A stretch of 38,947 bases of DNA from Bacillota bacterium (GCA_049324975.1 JBMOPI010000238.1:1-38947), one strand, 5' to 3'. Shown: positions 8,269 to 18,011, numbered from the stretch's first letter. Numbers and translations: made by a program. The notes: generated from the letters alone by a model not told the origin.

Positions 8269-8445
8269 TCAGTAGCCGGAAACTGCTTCGACCAATAGGA
8301 ATCCGGCGATGATATACAATACTGCGGCCGTGAACGGCCTGATGTTGATGATTCCGAAGTAGGTCAGGCCGGCAAGGGCCAAGGCTGCCAGCAGCCTGAC
8401 GGTTCTGTCTATGGGGCCGATATTGTGTTTAAAACCTAGTTCCAT
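8269..8445 (-). CDS. small two-TM membrane protein, DUF2892 (YgaP-like) type
   Basis: The sequence is MELGFKHNIGPIDRTVRLLAALALAGL...FLLVEAVSGY. The ATG at 8445 lies 6 nt after GAGGTG (8452-8457 on the complement). The longer track start at 8463 has no RBS. Confidence 0.5.
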   Translation of the reverse strand: MELGFKHNIGPIDRTVRLLAALALAGLTYFGIINIRPFTAAVLYIIAGFLLVEAVSGY

Positions 8446-8520
8446 GCGAATCACCTCAAACATAGTATCTGTTTGCGGTGTTTTTTACATGCACTGTAAT
8501 AGAAAGTTACGGGAGGTCAA

Positions 8521-8901
8521 ATGTTGTTTTTTGCCGTTATCACCATGTTTGGAGCCTTAATATTCTATTCCTACGCCGTTTTGAACGGGCGCAAAGAGGG
8601 TCTCCGCCTAAAGCACCTCTTTGCTTTTGGAACGGGACTGCTGCTTGACTACCTGGGCACCGCCCAGATGAATATTTTTGAGCAGACATACGGCAAAGCG
8701 CCGGACTGGCATAATTATTCCGGGGCCATTTCTTTTTGGGGTATGGCCTTCCACTTTTTCCTTGCCCTGCTGGCCACTGCATTTGGCCGGGCACGTCAGG
8801 CCAACCGGGTTTTCCACAAGGTTAGTGTGATTATTTACTCAATATGGCTATTTGCGTTTATCAGCGGTGCTATTGCCGGGATTGGTAAAATAACGGATTA
8901 A
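8521..8901 (+). CDS. hypothetical integral membrane protein (about 4 TM)
   Basis: The 126-aa product is hydrophobic, and a GGGAGG RBS is present. I do not confidently recognise a family. Confidence 0.5.
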   Translation: MLFFAVITMFGALIFYSYAVLNGRKEGLRLKHLFAFGTGLLLDYLGTAQMNIFEQTYGKAPDWHNYSGAISFWGMAFHFFLALLATAFGRARQANRVFHKVSVIIYSIWLFAFISGAIAGIGKITD

Positions 8902-9002
8902 AAAAATATAATACTGACTAGCGCGGGATTACGAGAAGGTCGTCATTAAGACGGCAGCGCGTAATGCGTGGGATCCTTCTTCCCGGGGTCTGTATTATAT
9001 TA

Positions 9003-9029
9003 ACCCACCCTTTAAAGAGTGGGTTTTTT
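9003..9029 (+). terminator. rho-independent terminator
   Basis: The stem ACCCAC/GTGGGT is followed by TTTTTT. Confidence 0.6.
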
Positions 9030-9030
9030 G

Positions 9031-9059
9031 TTGCACAAAATGGTCGAATTCGGTATAAT
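9031..9059 (+). promoter_or_regulatory. sigma-A-type promoter of ychF
   Basis: The arrangement is TTGCAC, 17 nt, TATAAT. Confidence 0.55.
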
Positions 9060-9096
9060 TTTTTAAGTGATATAAAACCGAAAGGATGAAGTATTA

Positions 9097-10191
9097 ATGC
9101 AACTAGGTATAGTCGGACTGCCTAACGTGGGCAAGTCCACTTTATTTAACGCCATCACCCAGGCCGGCGCGGAAGCCGCCAACTACCCCTTCTGTACCAT
9201 TGATCCCAACGTAGGGGTGGTGGAGGTGCCTGACCCCAGGCTGGATAAGCTGGCCGAAATGGTTAAGCCGGAACGGGTGGTGCCCACGGTTACCGAATTC
9301 GTAGATATTGCCGGGCTGGTCCGGGGCGCCAGTAAAGGAGAGGGTTTGGGCAACAAGTTCCTCTCCCATATTAGGGAAGTGGACGCTATCGTGCATGTGG
9401 TGCGCTGCTTCCGGGATGAAAACGTAACTCACGTGGAGGGTGATGTCGGTCCGCTCAGGGACATCGAAACCATCAACATGGAACTGGTGCTGGCGGATAT
9501 GGAAACCATGGAGCGTAGGATAGACCGCACCAGAAAAATGCTGAAGACCCACGATAAAAAATATGAAGTGGAACTGCAGCTTCAGGAGCGCATCCAGGCT
9601 TCTCTTGACGCCGGGCATCCGGTGCGGGGGATGGACTTCTCTGAAGAAGAAAAAGAAATGCTTAAAGAATACAACCTGCTTACTGCCAAGCCGGTATTAT
9701 ATGCCGCCAATGTAGGCGAGGAGGACCTGCCTGATGCCGCCGGCAACCCCCTGGTGGCGGAAGTACGGGCACTGGCCGCTAAAGAGAAAGCGGAGGTAAT
9801 TGTGGTCTGTGCCAAGATCGAAGCTGAGATTGCTGAGCTGGCCGATGATGAGAAAGAGGCCTTTCTGGCTGACTTAGGGCTTACAGAGTCAGGCCTTGAC
9901 AGGTTAGTCAGGGCCGGTTACAAACTGCTGGGACTGATGACCTTCTTTACCGCCGGGCCGCAGGAGGTACGGGCCTGGACCATCAAAAAAGGGACTAAGG
10001 CGCCCCAGGCCGCCGGCAAGATTCATACAGACATTGAACGGGGTTTTATCCGGGCGGAAACAGTGTCTTACGATGACCTGACGGCCTCCGGCTCCCAGCT
10101 GGCTGCCAAGGAAAAGGGCCTGGTGCGGTTGGAAGGCAAGGAATATGTAATGCAGGACGGAGATGTGGTGTATTTCCGGTTTAATGTGTAA
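9097..10191 (+). CDS. ychF: redox-regulated ribosome-binding ATPase YchF
   Basis: The sequence begins [16 protein letters not shown], contains DIAGLV and NKFL, and has a C-terminal TGS-like region ([39 protein letters not shown]). Length is 364 aa. Confidence 0.93.
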   Translation: MQLGIVGLPNVGKSTLFNAITQAGAEAANYPFCTIDPNVGVVEVPDPRLDKLAEMVKPERVVPTVTEFVDIAGLVRGASKGEGLGNKFLSHIREVDAIVHVVRCFRDENVTHVEGDVGPLRDIETINMELVLADMETMERRIDRTRKMLKTHDKKYEVELQLQERIQASLDAGHPVRGMDFSEEEKEMLKEYNLLTAKPVLYAANVGEEDLPDAAGNPLVAEVRALAAKEKAEVIVVCAKIEAEIAELADDEKEAFLADLGLTESGLDRLVRAGYKLLGLMTFFTAGPQEVRAWTIKKGTKAPQAAGKIHTDIERGFIRAETVSYDDLTASGSQLAAKEKGLVRLEGKEYVMQDGDVVYFRFNV

Positions 10192-10270
10192 ACAATATGC
10201 TGAGGGGGCTGGTGACCGGCGCCCTCTTTTAATTTACACTAATTAAGTATAAAATTCCTGACAGTATTAG

Positions 10271-10311
10271 TAAGGCTAACTCGGCGCTTCGCGCCAGCGA
10301 AGCCTTTTTAA
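10271..10311. repeat. palindromic intergenic repeat, near-complete 3' module
   Basis: The sequence is TAAGGCTAAC-TCGGC-GCTTCGC-GCCA-GCGAAGCC-TTTTTAA. Confidence 0.7.
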
Positions 10312-10351
10312 GAGGAACATTCCCCTCAACTGAAAAATTGATGAATGAACT

Positions 10352-10380
10352 ATTGACAAAACCAATTTTAGCTAATACAA
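10352..10380 (+). promoter_or_regulatory. sigma-A-type promoter of metY
   Basis: The arrangement is TTGACA, 17 nt, TACAAT. Confidence 0.6.
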
Positions 10381-10415
10381 TAAAATTTAACAAAAAATAC
10401 CCAAGTAAACAGACA

Positions 10416-10433
10416 AAAATACTAGGAAATAAA
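10416..10433 (+). promoter_or_regulatory. candidate operator AAAATACTAGGAAATAAA (copy 1 of 2)
   Basis: An identical 18-mer recurs at 15978-15995. Both copies lie between a consensus promoter and a sulfur-metabolism gene. Confidence 0.4.
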
Positions 10434-10481
10434 GGTGTCTATAGCTGCAGAAAATCTTTTAATAATAAGAACGAAAAATAA

Positions 10482-11783
<1,302 letters not shown>

Positions 11784-12829
11784 GTGATGCAGATGAAAAC
11801 AATTTACCTGGACCATAATGCCACTACCCCGGTGGATGAGCAGGTTTTTGGGGCTATGGTGCCGTTTTTGCGGGATAACTTCGGGAACCCCTCGAGTAAC
11901 CATATTTTCGGTAAGGTGAACAAAGCAGCCATTGCCAAAGCCCGGAATCAGGTGGCGCAGTTACTGGGGTGCGACCCGGGGGAAGTCGTCTTCACCAGCG
12001 GCGGAAGTGAGTCCAATAATCATGCGATAAAAGGCGTGGCCTGGGCCAACCGGCATAAAGGGAAACACATTATTACCAGTATTGTGGAACACCCGGCAGT
12101 GCTTAACCCCTGCCGTTACCTGGAACAACAGGGTTACCCGTCACTTATCTTCCCGTAGATGAATACGGCCGGGTTAACCCGGCTCAGGTTGAAGCGGCGG
12201 TTACTAATGAAACCATACTCATCACGATCATGCACGCCAATAATGAGGTTGGGACCATCCAGCCTATAGCCGCTGTAGGTGAAATTGCCCGGCGTAAAGG
12301 CATTGTTTTCCATACCGATGCTGCCCAATCCGTAGGTAAGATTCCCACCAAAGTGGACGAACTAAAGGTTGACCTGTTGACGGTGGCCGGCCATAAATTT
12401 TACGGACCTAAGGGCGTAGGTGCGTTGTATATCCGTAAAGGTACGAACATAGAGTCATTTATCCACGGTGCCGGCCACGAGCAGGGCCGCAGGGCCGGTA
12501 CGTAGAATGTAGCATACATTGTAGCCCTGGGTACGGCCAGCGAACTGGCTTATATTGAACTGCAAAAGAATATGGAGCGGCTGGTGACTTTGCGGGACAA
12601 GCTCCATCAACTGATTGTGGAAAACGTCGATGATGTTGATTTAAACGGACATCCTGTTGAACGGCTGCCTAATACCTTAAATTTAAGCTTCAAAGGCGTA
12701 TTTGGAGCAGCGGTGCTGGCAGAGCTGCCGGAAATTGCAGCTTCACGGGTGCAGGAAACAAAAATGCCCCTATTACGGGGGCTAAAGTTATTTATAGTTT
12801 CTTTCCAGATTAAGCAGTTTTTGTTTTAA
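11784..12829 (+). pseudogene. cysteine desulfurase (NifS/IscS family) pseudogene
   Basis: Three ORF-track pieces (11784-12158, 12230-12505, 12572-12829) together read as one NifS (IYLDHNATTP...SGGSESNN...IMHANNEVGTIQPI...FHTDAAQSVGK...VAGHKFYGPKG...RRAGT*NV...). A 1-nt deletion lies near 12136-12142. An in-frame TAG sits at 12503-12505, where Glu is conserved. Homology ends at 12745, before the catalytic SGSAC loop. Confidence 0.8.
12755..12782 (-). terminator. rho-independent terminator of ogt
   Basis: On the minus strand, GCCCC-loop-GGGGC is followed by ATTTTTGTTT, 6 nt after the ogt stop. Confidence 0.6.
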
Positions 12830-13294
12830 ATCCAAGCCGCACCCAAAGCCTACCAAAGCGCCGTTGCTGCCGATTACCCGGTGACAGGGCACCAGCAGCA
12901 GGACCGGGTTGGCGTGGTTTGCCATGCCAACGGCCCTGGCCCCTTTGGGGGTGCCGGCCGCCCTGGCAATTTCACCGTAGCTGGCTGTTTCCCCATAGGG
13001 AATTGTCCGTAACTGGTCCCATACCCTTAACTGAAAAGGGGTCCCCCGCAGGTCAAGGGGCAGGTCAAACTGTTTTCGATGCCCCAGCAAATATTCCGTT
13101 AGTTCCCCGGCGGCGTCCCGCAGTACCCGCAGGTTGAGGATTCCGCGGGAACCAAGGTTTTTTTTCAGCCAGGCAAAAAAACTTTCGGCATCATTACGCA
13201 GAAAGTGAACCTGGCATATTCCTTTTTCCGTAGATGCTATCATGAAGGTGCCCCAGGTTGTTTCCACCGGGGCATAATATACCTTTTCGGGCAC
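12788..13294 (-). CDS. ogt: methylated-DNA--protein-cysteine methyltransferase
   Basis: The active site PCHRVIGSNG is present, along with TPFQLRVW and IPYGETASYGEIA. The GTG at 13294 lies 7 nt after GGAGGTG (13302-13308 on the complement). The track start at 13339 has no RBS. Confidence 0.85.
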   Translation of the reverse strand: MPEKVYYAPVETTWGTFMIASTEKGICQVHFLRNDAESFFAWLKKNLGSRGILNLRVLRDAAGELTEYLLGHRKQFDLPLDLRGTPFQLRVWDQLRTIPYGETASYGEIARAAGTPKGARAVGMANHANPVLLLVPCHRVIGSNGALVGFGCGLDLKQKLLNLERNYK

Positions 13295-13346
13295 AGAGTA
13301 ACACCTCCCATACTGTAAATATTCTATGGCCAAAACCAATTACCCT

Positions 13347-13376
13347 TTGACATAGGGGGGTAAACTGTAATATAAT
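13347..13376 (+). promoter_or_regulatory. sigma-A-type promoter of the S-box operon
   Basis: The arrangement is TTGACA, 18 nt, TATAAT. Confidence 0.6.
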
Positions 13377-13397
13377 ATCCCTAAAATCTTATAAGAA

Positions 13398-13510
13398 TAC
13401 TCTCTTATCAAGAGCGGCGGAGGGACTGGCCCTGTGAAGCCCGGCAACCATCTCGTTATTTTGAGAAAGGTGCTAATTCCTGTAGGAGTAATCCTAACAG
13501 ATGAGAGGAT
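13398..13510 (+). promoter_or_regulatory. SAM-I (S-box) riboswitch aptamer
   Basis: The sequence CTCTTATCAAGAGCGGCGGAGGGACTGGCCCTGTGAAGCCCGGCAACC...GGTGCTAATTCC...AGATGAGAG matches the S-box core. The P1 stem is CTCTTATC/GATGAGAG. Confidence 0.93.
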
Positions 13511-13521
13511 TAAAGTGAAAT

Positions 13522-13553
13522 AAAATCTCTTCATCTGAAGAGATTTTATTTTT
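13522..13553 (+). terminator. riboswitch expression-platform terminator
   Basis: AAAATCTCTTC-ATCT-GAAGAGATTTT is followed by a T-run. The 5' arm can alternatively pair with the P1 3' strand as an antiterminator. Confidence 0.85.
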
Positions 13554-13603
13554 AAATGAACTAGCCCGTTTCGACGGGCGGCGAGATGAAAGGAAGGACA
13601 AAA

Positions 13604-14737
13604 ATGGGAAAGAACACGGAGTTAGTAAGGATTGGTCTGGCCACAGACAGACGGACAGGAGCCCTCAGCACGCCCATTTACCAGTGTGCCACCTTTGCCC
13701 ACCCGGCCCTGGGTGAAAGCACGGGTTACGACTACTCCCGGACCTGCAACCCCACCCGGGAGGTACTGGAAGAGGGCATCGCCCGGCTGGAGGGAGGGTG
13801 CCGCGGCTTTGCTTTTTCGACAGGCATGGCGGCTATTACCACCCTGCTCCTGCTCTTTAAACAGAGTGATCACCTTGTGGTTACGGAGGACTTATACGGG
13901 GGAACTTACCGACTGCTGGACAAAATATTTACAAATTTCGGGTTATCTGTTTCATATGTTGATACCAGTGACCTGCGGCAGGTTCAAGATGCTATACAGG
14001 ACAATACAAAAGCCATTTTTATCGAAACACCGACCAACCCCCTGCTCAAGATTGCCGATATCGCCGCCATCGCAGATACAGCTAAACAAAAGGGGCTGCT
14101 GACCATTGTTGACAACACCTTTATGACCCCGGTATTACAGCGTCCCCTGGAACTGGGCGCCGACATCGTGGTGCACAGCGGCACCAAATACCTGGGCGGC
14201 CATAACGACCTGCTGGCCGGTCTTGTGGTGGCCAAAGACGCGGCCCTGGCCGAAAAAATCGGTTTTCTCCAGAACGGCGCCGGCGCAGTATTAGCCCCCT
14301 TTGATTCCTGGCTGCTTATCCGCGGTCTGAAAACCCTGGGCCTCCGGGTAGAGCGGCAGGAACAAAACGCCCGGCAGCTGGCCGAATGGCTTGATGAACA
14401 CCCCTCTGTAACCAAAGTGTATTATCCCGGCTTAAGTACACACCCGGGCCATTTTACTGCCCGGAAACAGGCTTCCGGTTACGGGGCAATGGTTTCTTTC
14501 TTAGTAAAGGAGCAACTGCTTGTAGAGCAGGTTTTAAAACGGGTGCAGGTATTTTCTTTTGCTGAGAGCCTGGGGGGCGTTGAGAGTCTGGTTACTTTTC
14601 CGGCTGTCCAGACCCATGCCGATATCCCGCCGGAAACCAGGGCCAGGCTGGGTATTGACGACTGCCTGCTGCGGATTTCCGTCGGGGTGGAGGATATTGA
14701 CGACCTTATCGCAGATTTGGTCCAGGCCCTATCATAA
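13604..14737 (+). CDS. metI: cystathionine gamma-synthase / O-acetylhomoserine thiolyase-type PLP enzyme (MetI-like)
   Basis: The Cys/Met PLP family is indicated by YSRTCNPT, DNTF.TP and HSGTKYLGGHND. It is the first gene after the S-box, as in the B. subtilis metI-metC operon. The ATG at 13604 lies 6 nt after AAGGAAGG. The symbol is assigned by analogy only. Confidence 0.75.
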   Translation: MGKNTELVRIGLATDRRTGALSTPIYQCATFAHPALGESTGYDYSRTCNPTREVLEEGIARLEGGCRGFAFSTGMAAITTLLLLFKQSDHLVVTEDLYGGTYRLLDKIFTNFGLSVSYVDTSDLRQVQDAIQDNTKAIFIETPTNPLLKIADIAAIADTAKQKGLLTIVDNTFMTPVLQRPLELGADIVVHSGTKYLGGHNDLLAGLVVAKDAALAEKIGFLQNGAGAVLAPFDSWLLIRGLKTLGLRVERQEQNARQLAEWLDEHPSVTKVYYPGLSTHPGHFTARKQASGYGAMVSFLVKEQLLVEQVLKRVQVFSFAESLGGVESLVTFPAVQTHADIPPETRARLGIDDCLLRISVGVEDIDDLIADLVQALS

Positions 14738-14758
14738 TATGAAAGTGAGGATACTCCC

Positions 14759-15895
14759 ATGAAATTTGGAACTAAGGTGCTGCACACCGGCAACGAAATA
14801 GATCCCGCCACCGGGGCGGTAAGCATCCCCATTTTCCAGGCTTCCACCTTCAAACAGCCTTCCGTCGAAAATTTCGGACCCTACGATTACGCCCGTTCCG
14901 GCAACCCCACCAGGGATGCCCTGGAAGGAATAATCGCTGAACTTGAGGGTGGGGTCAGCGGGTTTGCCTTCGCCTCCGGGATGGCGGCTATATCAAGTGT
15001 ATTCCTGCTGTTTTCACCCGGCGATCACCTGATAGTTTGCGAGGACGTTTACGGCGGGACTTATCGCGCGCTGACCAAACTGTTCAGCAGGCTGGGCATC
15101 CGGACAACTTTTGTGGACACTACCGACCCGGAAAAAGTCCGGACGGCCATCACCCCGGGAACTAAGGCCATTTACCTGGAGTCGCCGTCTAATCCCCTGC
15201 TGAAAATAACCGACTTGGATGCCATGGTAGCTATCGCCAAAGAAAAAGAACTCCTCACCATCATCGATAACACCTTTATGACGCCATATTTTCAAAAACC
15301 CCTTGACCTCGGCATTGACATCGTCATCCACAGCGCCACCAAATACATCGGGGGCCACAGCGATGTGCTTGCCGGTTTGGTGGTGGTAAAAGACCGCAGG
15401 CTGGCCGGGGAAATTAAGTTCATCCAGAACTCCATCGGGGCCGTTTTGGGTCCGCAGGATTGCTGGCTCCTGATGCGGGGCATCAAAACCCTGAAGGTGA
15501 GGATGGACCAGCACCAGGCCGGGGCGTTGGCCATCGCGCAGTGGCTCAGGGAACAGCCGGAAATCACCGAGGTTTTTTACCCCGGCCTGCCCGGCCACAC
15601 CGGCTACGAAATCAACAAAAAACAGGCCACCGGCTTTGGCGGTATTGTTTCTTTCAAAACGGAAACAGAAGAACTGGCCAGGCAGATCATGAACAATGTA
15701 AAGCTGCCGGCCCTGGCGGTAAGCCTTGGGGCGGTGGAAAGCATTATCTCCTTCCCGCCGAAGATGTCTCACGCCGCCATGCCGCCGGAAGTAAGGCATG
15801 CTCAGGGGATAACGGATAACCTGATCCGCTTCTCGGTTGGACTGGAAGAGCCGGCCGACCTTATCGAAGACCTGCGGCAGGCGATAAAAGGGTAA
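14759..15895 (+). CDS. metC: cystathionine beta-lyase-type PLP enzyme (MetC-like)
   Basis: This paralog of the preceding gene shows YARSGNPT and HSATKYIGGHSD. The N-terminus MKFGTKVLHTG..TGAVSIPIFQASTFKQ resembles the MetC type. The symbol is assigned by analogy only. Confidence 0.75.
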   Translation: MKFGTKVLHTGNEIDPATGAVSIPIFQASTFKQPSVENFGPYDYARSGNPTRDALEGIIAELEGGVSGFAFASGMAAISSVFLLFSPGDHLIVCEDVYGGTYRALTKLFSRLGIRTTFVDTTDPEKVRTAITPGTKAIYLESPSNPLLKITDLDAMVAIAKEKELLTIIDNTFMTPYFQKPLDLGIDIVIHSATKYIGGHSDVLAGLVVVKDRRLAGEIKFIQNSIGAVLGPQDCWLLMRGIKTLKVRMDQHQAGALAIAQWLREQPEITEVFYPGLPGHTGYEINKKQATGFGGIVSFKTETEELARQIMNNVKLPALAVSLGAVESIISFPPKMSHAAMPPEVRHAQGITDNLIRFSVGLEEPADLIEDLRQAIKG

Positions 15896-15929
15896 TCCGG
15901 CGTCAGAGAATTATTTTTCTTAAAAAGTA

Positions 15930-15958
15930 TTGACATGGATTTTTTGTTAAAATATAAT
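15930..15958 (+). promoter_or_regulatory. consensus sigma-A promoter of the ABC-transporter operon
   Basis: The arrangement is TTGACA, 17 nt, TATAAT. Confidence 0.65.
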
Positions 15959-15977
15959 ATAACCATAAATACCAATC

Positions 15978-15995
15978 AAAATACTAGGAAATAAA
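15978..15995 (+). promoter_or_regulatory. candidate operator AAAATACTAGGAAATAAA (copy 2 of 2)
   Basis: This is identical to 10416-10433 and starts 20 nt after the -10 box. Confidence 0.4.
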
Positions 15996-16168
15996 AAATG
16001 CGGGGTGGGCAAGAGTGGAATATGCCTGTCCCACCGATGTTGATGATTGGCGTTAGTTGGCCAGAAAAACTGGAGGCTAAGCTAGTCACCTTAATTAAGA
16101 TTATTTTAGGTGATTACTTGGCTTCTTTATTTTGATATGAGTTTTTATACTGGGAGAGGTGAACGTTA

Positions 16169-17224
16169 ATGTATAGAAAAATAATTGCGCTGTTGGCGAT
16201 ACTTGGTTTGCTGGCAGGCGCCCTGGTTTATGCCGGCTGCGGCGGTAAAGACGCACAAAAAGCCGGTAGGGCAAGTAATGGAAAAACAGTTATCAGAGTA
16301 GGCCATTTTCCCAATATCACCCATTCCCAGGCCCTGGTTGGGCTGGCGGACGGATCCTTCCAGAAGGCGCTGGGTGACAATGTTGTTATCGACAGGAAGC
16401 TTTTTAATGCCGGGCCTTCGGAAATCGAAGCCCTGCTGGCCGGGGAAATCGACCTCGGGTATATCGGTCCGGTGCCGGCCATCAACGGTTTTGTAAAATC
16501 CCGGGGCGGGCTTCAGATTATTGCCGGTGCCACCAATGCCGGTGCAGTGCTGGTGGTGCGGGAAGATGCCGGGATTAAGAGCATTAAGGATTTAGCCGGC
16601 AAGAAAGTCGCTGTGCCGCAGTATGGCAACACCCAGGATATCTCCCTGCGGAAAATACTTGCCGATGCCGGCCTTAAGGCCGTTACCAAGGGCGGCAGTG
16701 TAAACGTGCTGCAGGTGGATAACCCGGATATATTAACCGGTTTTGCCAATAAGGAACTGGATGCCGCCATCGTCCCGGAACCATGGGGTTCCCGGCTGGT
16801 GAAAAAAGCCGGCGGCAGCATACTGCTAGACTGGAACCAGGTTTGGCGGGATGGCAGCTATACCACCGCAGTAGTCATCGTAAGCAAAAAGTTCCTGCAG
16901 GAACACCCTGACTTAGTGGAAAAATGGCTGCAGGCCCACTTGGAAATCACCGAGAATATTATACAGGACCCTGAAAAGAACAAAACCCTGGTTAATGCCC
17001 AGCTTAAGGCATTAACCAAGAAAGAATTGTCCAAAGACATTCTTGACAGCTCCTTTGTCCGGTTAACAGCGACTTATGACCCGGTAGCCGATTCCATCAA
17101 AGAATTTGTCGGGTTGTCCGTTGCAAACGGTTACCTTAAAAAAACCCCGGATATCGAGGGTCTGATTAACCTGGAACCGTTAAACAAAGTCTTAAAAGAA
17201 AAGGGTTTAAGCGAGATCAAATAA
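16169..17224 (+). CDS. ABC transporter substrate-binding lipoprotein (NitT/TauT, SsuA-like family)
   Basis: A lipobox is present (LLAGALVYAGCGG). The fold looks NMT1/SsuA-like (IRVGHFPNITHSQALVG, GEIDLGYIGPVPAING). A GGAGAGGTG RBS is present. Confidence 0.85.
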   Translation: MYRKIIALLAILGLLAGALVYAGCGGKDAQKAGRASNGKTVIRVGHFPNITHSQALVGLADGSFQKALGDNVVIDRKLFNAGPSEIEALLAGEIDLGYIGPVPAINGFVKSRGGLQIIAGATNAGAVLVVREDAGIKSIKDLAGKKVAVPQYGNTQDISLRKILADAGLKAVTKGGSVNVLQVDNPDILTGFANKELDAAIVPEPWGSRLVKKAGGSILLDWNQVWRDGSYTTAVVIVSKKFLQEHPDLVEKWLQAHLEITENIIQDPEKNKTLVNAQLKALTKKELSKDILDSSFVRLTATYDPVADSIKEFVGLSVANGYLKKTPDIEGLINLEPLNKVLKEKGLSEIK

Positions 17225-17252
17225 ACGACCGAACAGACCGGAGTTGAAGACA

Positions 17253-18011
17253 ATGATTAACCGTATCCAGACAATGTTGTTTTATATTGCCCTGCTGGCA
17301 GTCTGGCAGCTTATTTACAAACTTGGTGTCTGGCCGCCTTATGTTTTTCCTTCCCCTTTTGAGGTAATGGAAACATTGAGGCAGGGTATCGCTGACAGAT
17401 CATTACCTATCGCGATTTATACGAGTATGCTCCGCATTTCAAAAGGTTATCTTATCGCTTTAACGCTGGGGCTACCCCTGGGGATACTGATTGCCCGGGT
17501 CAAATTATTGAAAAACACCGTGGGTTCCTTAATAGCCGGCCTCCAGCCCCTGCCCAGCATCTGCTGGCTGCCGCTGGCAGTGCTCTGGATCGGTTTGAAT
17601 GAAAACGCCATTATTTTCATCATCCTGATCGGGGCAACTTTTTCTATTACCACGGCCACCGAAGCCGGCGTCCGGAATGTGCCGCCGCTTTTTGTCCGGG
17701 CAGCCCGCACCATGGGGGCCAAGGGGTGGCGGATTTATAGCGATGTCCTGCTGCCGGCCGCCCTGCCTACCGTTATCACCGGCATGAAACTGGCCTGGGC
17801 TTTTGCCTGGCGGGCGCTGATGGCCGGGGAACTGCTTTCGTCCGGTGTCGGCCTGGGCCAGGTATTGATGTATGGCAGGGATCTGGCCGATATGAGCATG
17901 GTTATTTCTGTAATGATTATCATCGCGGTTTTGGGGCAGCTCATCGACCGGTTTATCTTCAGCAACATGGAAATAAAAGTGCGTAGAAAATGGGGCCTGG
18001 AGCGCGCGTAG
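17253..18011 (+). CDS. ABC transporter permease (NitT/TauT, SsuC-like family)
   Basis: There are six TM segments and an EAA-type loop (ATEAGVRNVPPLFVRAARTMGAKGWRIYSDVLLPAALP). The ATG at 17253 lies 9 nt after GGAG. The track's TTG at 17244 abuts the RBS. Confidence 0.85.
   Translation: MINRIQTMLFYIALLAVWQLIYKLGVWPPYVFPSPFEVMETLRQGIADRSLPIAIYTSMLRISKGYLIALTLGLPLGILIARVKLLKNTVGSLIAGLQPLPSICWLPLAVLWIGLNENAIIFIILIGATFSITTATEAGVRNVPPLFVRAARTMGAKGWRIYSDVLLPAALPTVITGMKLAWAFAWRALMAGELLSSGVGLGQVLMYGRDLADMSMVISVMIIIAVLGQLIDRFIFSNMEIKVRRKWGLERA

Noticed and set aside
8915-9000. The ~90-nt stretch after the 8521-8901 gene can form several stems (ATTACG/CGTAAT enclosing GTCGTC-ATTAA-GACGGC, and GAGAAGG/CCTTCTT). 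It could be an sRNA or riboswitch.
   Set aside because: It lies between a stop codon and that gene's terminator, so it is most simply a structured 3' UTR. The only upstream TATAAT (8907-8912) has a poor -35 box at 19-nt spacing, and I recognise no riboswitch core.
12459-12467. DnaA-box-like TTATCCACG occurs here and again at 26568-26576, in a region syntenic with origin-proximal genes.
   Set aside because: These are single 8/9 matches inside coding sequences (the nifS remnant and purA). There is no cluster and no AT-rich unwinding element, so this is chance occurrence.
12503-12505. The in-frame TAG in the NifS-like gene could be a pyrrolysine codon.
   Set aside because: The position corresponds to a conserved Glu. 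The same gene also carries a frameshift and lacks its catalytic C-terminus, and no pyl genes are in the window. A nonsense mutation in a pseudogene is the simpler reading.
13340-13534. A 64-aa minus-strand ORF appears in the track.
   Set aside because: It lies exactly on the promoter, SAM-I riboswitch and terminator of the metI-metC operon. It has no RBS, and the RNA element fully explains the sequence conservation.
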